From Octopus bimaculoides (lineage: Eukaryota), in assembly GCF_001194135.2 (NCBI RefSeq), contig NC_068982.1, positions 44,903,196-44,941,442 on the forward strand: DNA of 38,247 nucleotides, read 5' to 3'. This document shows, one piece after another, positions 35,320-38,247 of the stretch (its first letter is position 1; each line of letters begins with the position of its first letter). Made by a program: the position numbers and the translations under genes. The notes below the pieces were generated by a model, which saw nothing but the letters and a program-made list of their open reading frames with translations, was not told where the DNA came from and ran no database searches.

Positions 35320-35560
35320 AAGGATCTCAGGAGGTCAGTAGACGTAGATGTTGTAGCTATCAATGAAACCAGGATTTCTGGGATGCATGCACTCAAGCTC
35401 TTCAAGAAGTATAATGCATCTTCAGTCGGCTGGGATCGAGCGAATATGAGTGCTGTTCAGGAAAGGCCTGGATTTCGAAATACGAAAAATCTTCATGAAT
35501 TTAGACAGTGAGTTGGTGGTCCTAAGCATGAAGAATAGCAAAAACAATGCCTGTCAATGA
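35320..35560 (+). mobile_element. Tx1/L1-clade apurinic-endonuclease remnant
   Basis: DLRRSVDVDVVAINETRIS (D-V-x-x-x-Q-E-T motif) and VLFRKGLDFEIRKIFMNLDSELVVLSM. Confidence 0.6.
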
Positions 35561-35784
35561 ATGACTATGAGAGGCGGTCCTACCTTTACAAAAATGTAAA
35601 TGCATTCATGGGAATATCTCATATATTAATGCTTATGGGCTACTGGAATCACACCTTGATCTCGGGCCAGGATTATGCGGGAGTAAATGATAGGAATGAG
35701 TGTAAACCTGTTGAGGTAATTCTAACAATCTAACACAGGAGTTCTCAAATGTTAGAGAAAGAAATGTGTTAGAGAGAGAAACCA

Positions 35785-35950
35785 AGCCGTTTTTTTGCAA
35801 TGCACACCAATACATATATCAAAAACAAATTTTTTTTCATGGGCCATTAAAATACTATTTGGATCCTCAATTTACAATTTTCTTCGTGGACCCCCAACAC
35901 TCTTATGTGGACCTTCAGGAGCCATATGGACCCTGATTGAGAACCAATGG
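35785..35950. mobile_element. Right half of the hAT-like MITE family seen at 3414-4019
   Basis: ttttttcatgggccattaaaatacta...gtggacc...ggaccctgattgagaaccaatg aligns with 3895-4019. Confidence 0.75.
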
Positions 35951-36199
35951 TCTAATAGATATTAAATGAGTTTACCGAAAGTGCCGAAGTGGACTTACAC
36001 AAATCGTATCGTTTTCAATAAAGTATTTGATAGACTACTATATAGAGAGAGCATATTAAAATTGTAATCATGTCTCAAGTGAAGACCAAGACTGAGTGCC
36101 AGATATCTGGAATGGTGTTAGATGCTTTCAGTCTTCTTCCAGTCATGAAATGTCATTGTGAAACGCTTTAAAGATACTGTTGGTGTGAACAAACATCAG

Positions 36200-36720
36200 C
36201 TTAGTTGTCTATTCAGGAGAATATTCCGCCCAGGGTCAATGGACAATTTCATAACATACTTCGCCTCTTAGTGATCGCGGGAAGGGGTGCATTTGGTGGT
36301 TTATATGTACGGAAGTGTCGTCTGCAGCAAAATGAAACCGTTCAACACACACACAAATGTTCAATATCCGAACATGGTTGACTTTTGAAGTCATGTCGAC
36401 CAGCAATTGACGCGAATAGAATAAGTCCTGTAATCAGCAGAATCCATTGTGAAGATCTCCTGCTATCTTCCTGTACTTGTTAATGCTAAGCTGTTTCTCT
36501 GTCTGATGGCTGTAGTGAAAAATGTTGTATGATAGACGAGAGTAAAAGAACTATAAGAAGGCAATTTCCACTTGAATCAAGCTTTCCCCAACTTCTTCAA
36601 GTAACATACGTAGCGAGGAGAGTGAGATGCTACCCGAATGATTAGGCCTACTCTCAGTATTTGCTTGTTGTGTAGGCCGGTAAACTTAGCTGAATGTGTA
36701 CACATAACCTTAGCAATACG
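36200..36720 (+). mobile_element. Tx1/L1-clade ORF2 C-terminal (zinc-knuckle) remnant
   Basis: CRLQQNETVQHTHKCS (C..C....ET..H....C type) and KLFLCLMAVVKNVV*; degraded. Confidence 0.5.
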
Positions 36721-37499
36721 ACTATCCAGAATCTGTAGGGTTCCCTGATCATCCTCCAAGCGGCTGTTCCTCTAAAAGGACGTTTCATATCATTTCTTTA
36801 TGTATTGTTGTTTTTCACGCCAGTCTTCTCATAACCGCTTTTATAATTTGCCATGGCAATATCTCCTCGTCGGTTGCCATGATGACAATAGAAGACTTCG
36901 ATTTTTTATTAACTTCGATGAGTTTAGTAAAAATAACCAAGAATATTCTGAAGTCGATTCAATCAACTTTATTTTTTTGTCAATAAACGATTTCCGAATT
37001 ATTTCCAAATCAATTCTGGTGTTATTGTTTTCGCGCTCTCTCTCTCTCTCTCTCTCTCTTCATCATATTTTAATATTGTTGATTTATTTAGGCAAGGGAA
37101 CATCAGACTTGAAAATTTACAATTATAACAAACATTATCCTCATCGTCGTCGTCAACATTGTCAACACTGTCGTCGTCATAACCACCATCCTCCTCCTTC
37201 TCCACCTCTTCCTCCACCACCCCTCCTTCTGCTCCCCTTCCTCCTCCACCTCCTCTTCATCATCATTGTTTTAACATTTGTTTCTTCGTCGTTGTTGTTT
37301 TAGCCCCAAATTACCCTTGATCAAACAAACTACTGATCACAGGCATTCCAGCCGTGACCATCCCATGTTGTGTTTTTCAGATATAACATCTCTAGGTTCA
37401 CATTATCTAATGCGTACTTCATATTTCTAGCAGGAAGAGCAATATTTTGTGGTCATGTGCAATCTTGTTCGAGAAGCGGATCGCATGAAACATGGCTCA

Positions 37500-37615
37500 T
37501 CCTCATCGCTATAAAACATAGGCTGTAGAGTCCATTTGTTCGGCTAAAGTCCTCAAGGCCGTGCCCCAGCATGGCCGCTGTCCAATGACTGAAACAAGTA
37601 ATGGATAAAGGATAG
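37500..37615 (+). mobile_element. CORE-type SINE 3' tail
   Basis: ggctaaa...caaggccgtgccccagcatggccgc...aatgactgaaacaagta. Confidence 0.7.
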
Positions 37616-37994
37616 GTTTAGATATTGTTAAATAAATATATTGACAAGAGTGAGATCTGTTTCATCCGAAAGTTCGTCAGCAATAGATTTATGCCCGGTC
37701 GACTCGGAACTGGTACGGACCGGGGGAATCTGTCTAATGAAAGCAGAGTATCGCGTAGCCGGTCCGAGCCGCACAGACGCGAAATGATTTCTGCCCATTG
37801 CTCTGAGTATCAAAGTGAAAGAAAGAAAGAAAGAAAGAAAGAAGGATGGATGGATGGATGGATGCCATTATTCGGTTTTATTACAAGATTTCTTGCCAAT
37901 AGAGAAAGAGGGGATTTCTAATCGAGATCCAAGGCTTCTTCATTGGAATTTCAACACGGTATTTTTGTATGCATGTATGTATATGTAAAGATTT

Positions 37995-38206
37995 ACTCTC
38001 TCTCTTTTACTTATTTCAGTCATTTGACTGCGGTCATGCTGGAGCACCGCCTTTATAGTCGAGCAAATCGACCCCAGAGCTTATTCTTTGTAAACCTAGT
38101 ACTTTTTCTATCGGTTCTTTTTGTCGAACCGCTAAGTTACGGGGACCCAAACACACCAGCATCGGTTGTCAAGCGGTGCTGGTGGGACAAACAGACACAC
38201 AAACAT

Positions 38207-38222
<16 letters not shown>
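37995..38222 (-). mobile_element. CORE-type SINE 3' half
   Basis: cttttacttatttcagtcatttgactgcggtcatgctggagcaccgcc...gaaccgctaagttacgggga...(CA)n is the reverse complement of the tail above. Confidence 0.85.

Positions 38223-38247
<25 letters not shown>

Noticed and set aside
36800-37303. 167-aa ORF
   Set aside because: Runs through (CT)n, (CGT)n and (CCT)n low-complexity tracts; no domain.

Overview
AT-rich, microsatellite-dense animal genomic DNA. The repeat content (Deu/Nin-type and CORE-type SINEs, RTE LINEs, long (TA)n, (CA)n and (AAT)n tracts) points to an octopus, by inference. Assembly gaps lie at about 3727-3736, 5560-6248, 8538-9362, 16026-16117, 20703-20884, 22669-23001, 25484-25493 and 26428-27253. 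Almost all ORF-track entries are translations of microsatellites or N gaps. One protein-coding gene is well supported: a + strand Ly6/uPAR three-finger gene of the quiver/sleepless family, most like Drosophila Crooked. Its coding exons 4283-4429 and 13456-13679 splice in phase across a 9.0 kb intron to give a 10-cysteine LU domain and a GPI-type tail; the signal-peptide exon is not located with certainty. A weaker candidate is the 3' end of a convergent, unrecognised - strand gene with small exons at about 20.4-25.2 kb. The rest is decayed mobile DNA: DD37D (maT) and mariner transposase remnants, hAT-like and piggyBac-like MITEs, RTE, Tx1/L1, R4/Dong-like and Penelope fragments, and more than 25 SINEs. 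Several show unusual architectures: a foldback mariner, a MITE that captured an inverted copy of its flank, a minisatellite born inside a MITE, and a six-SINE chain. I found no evidence of a wholly new multi-gene system.
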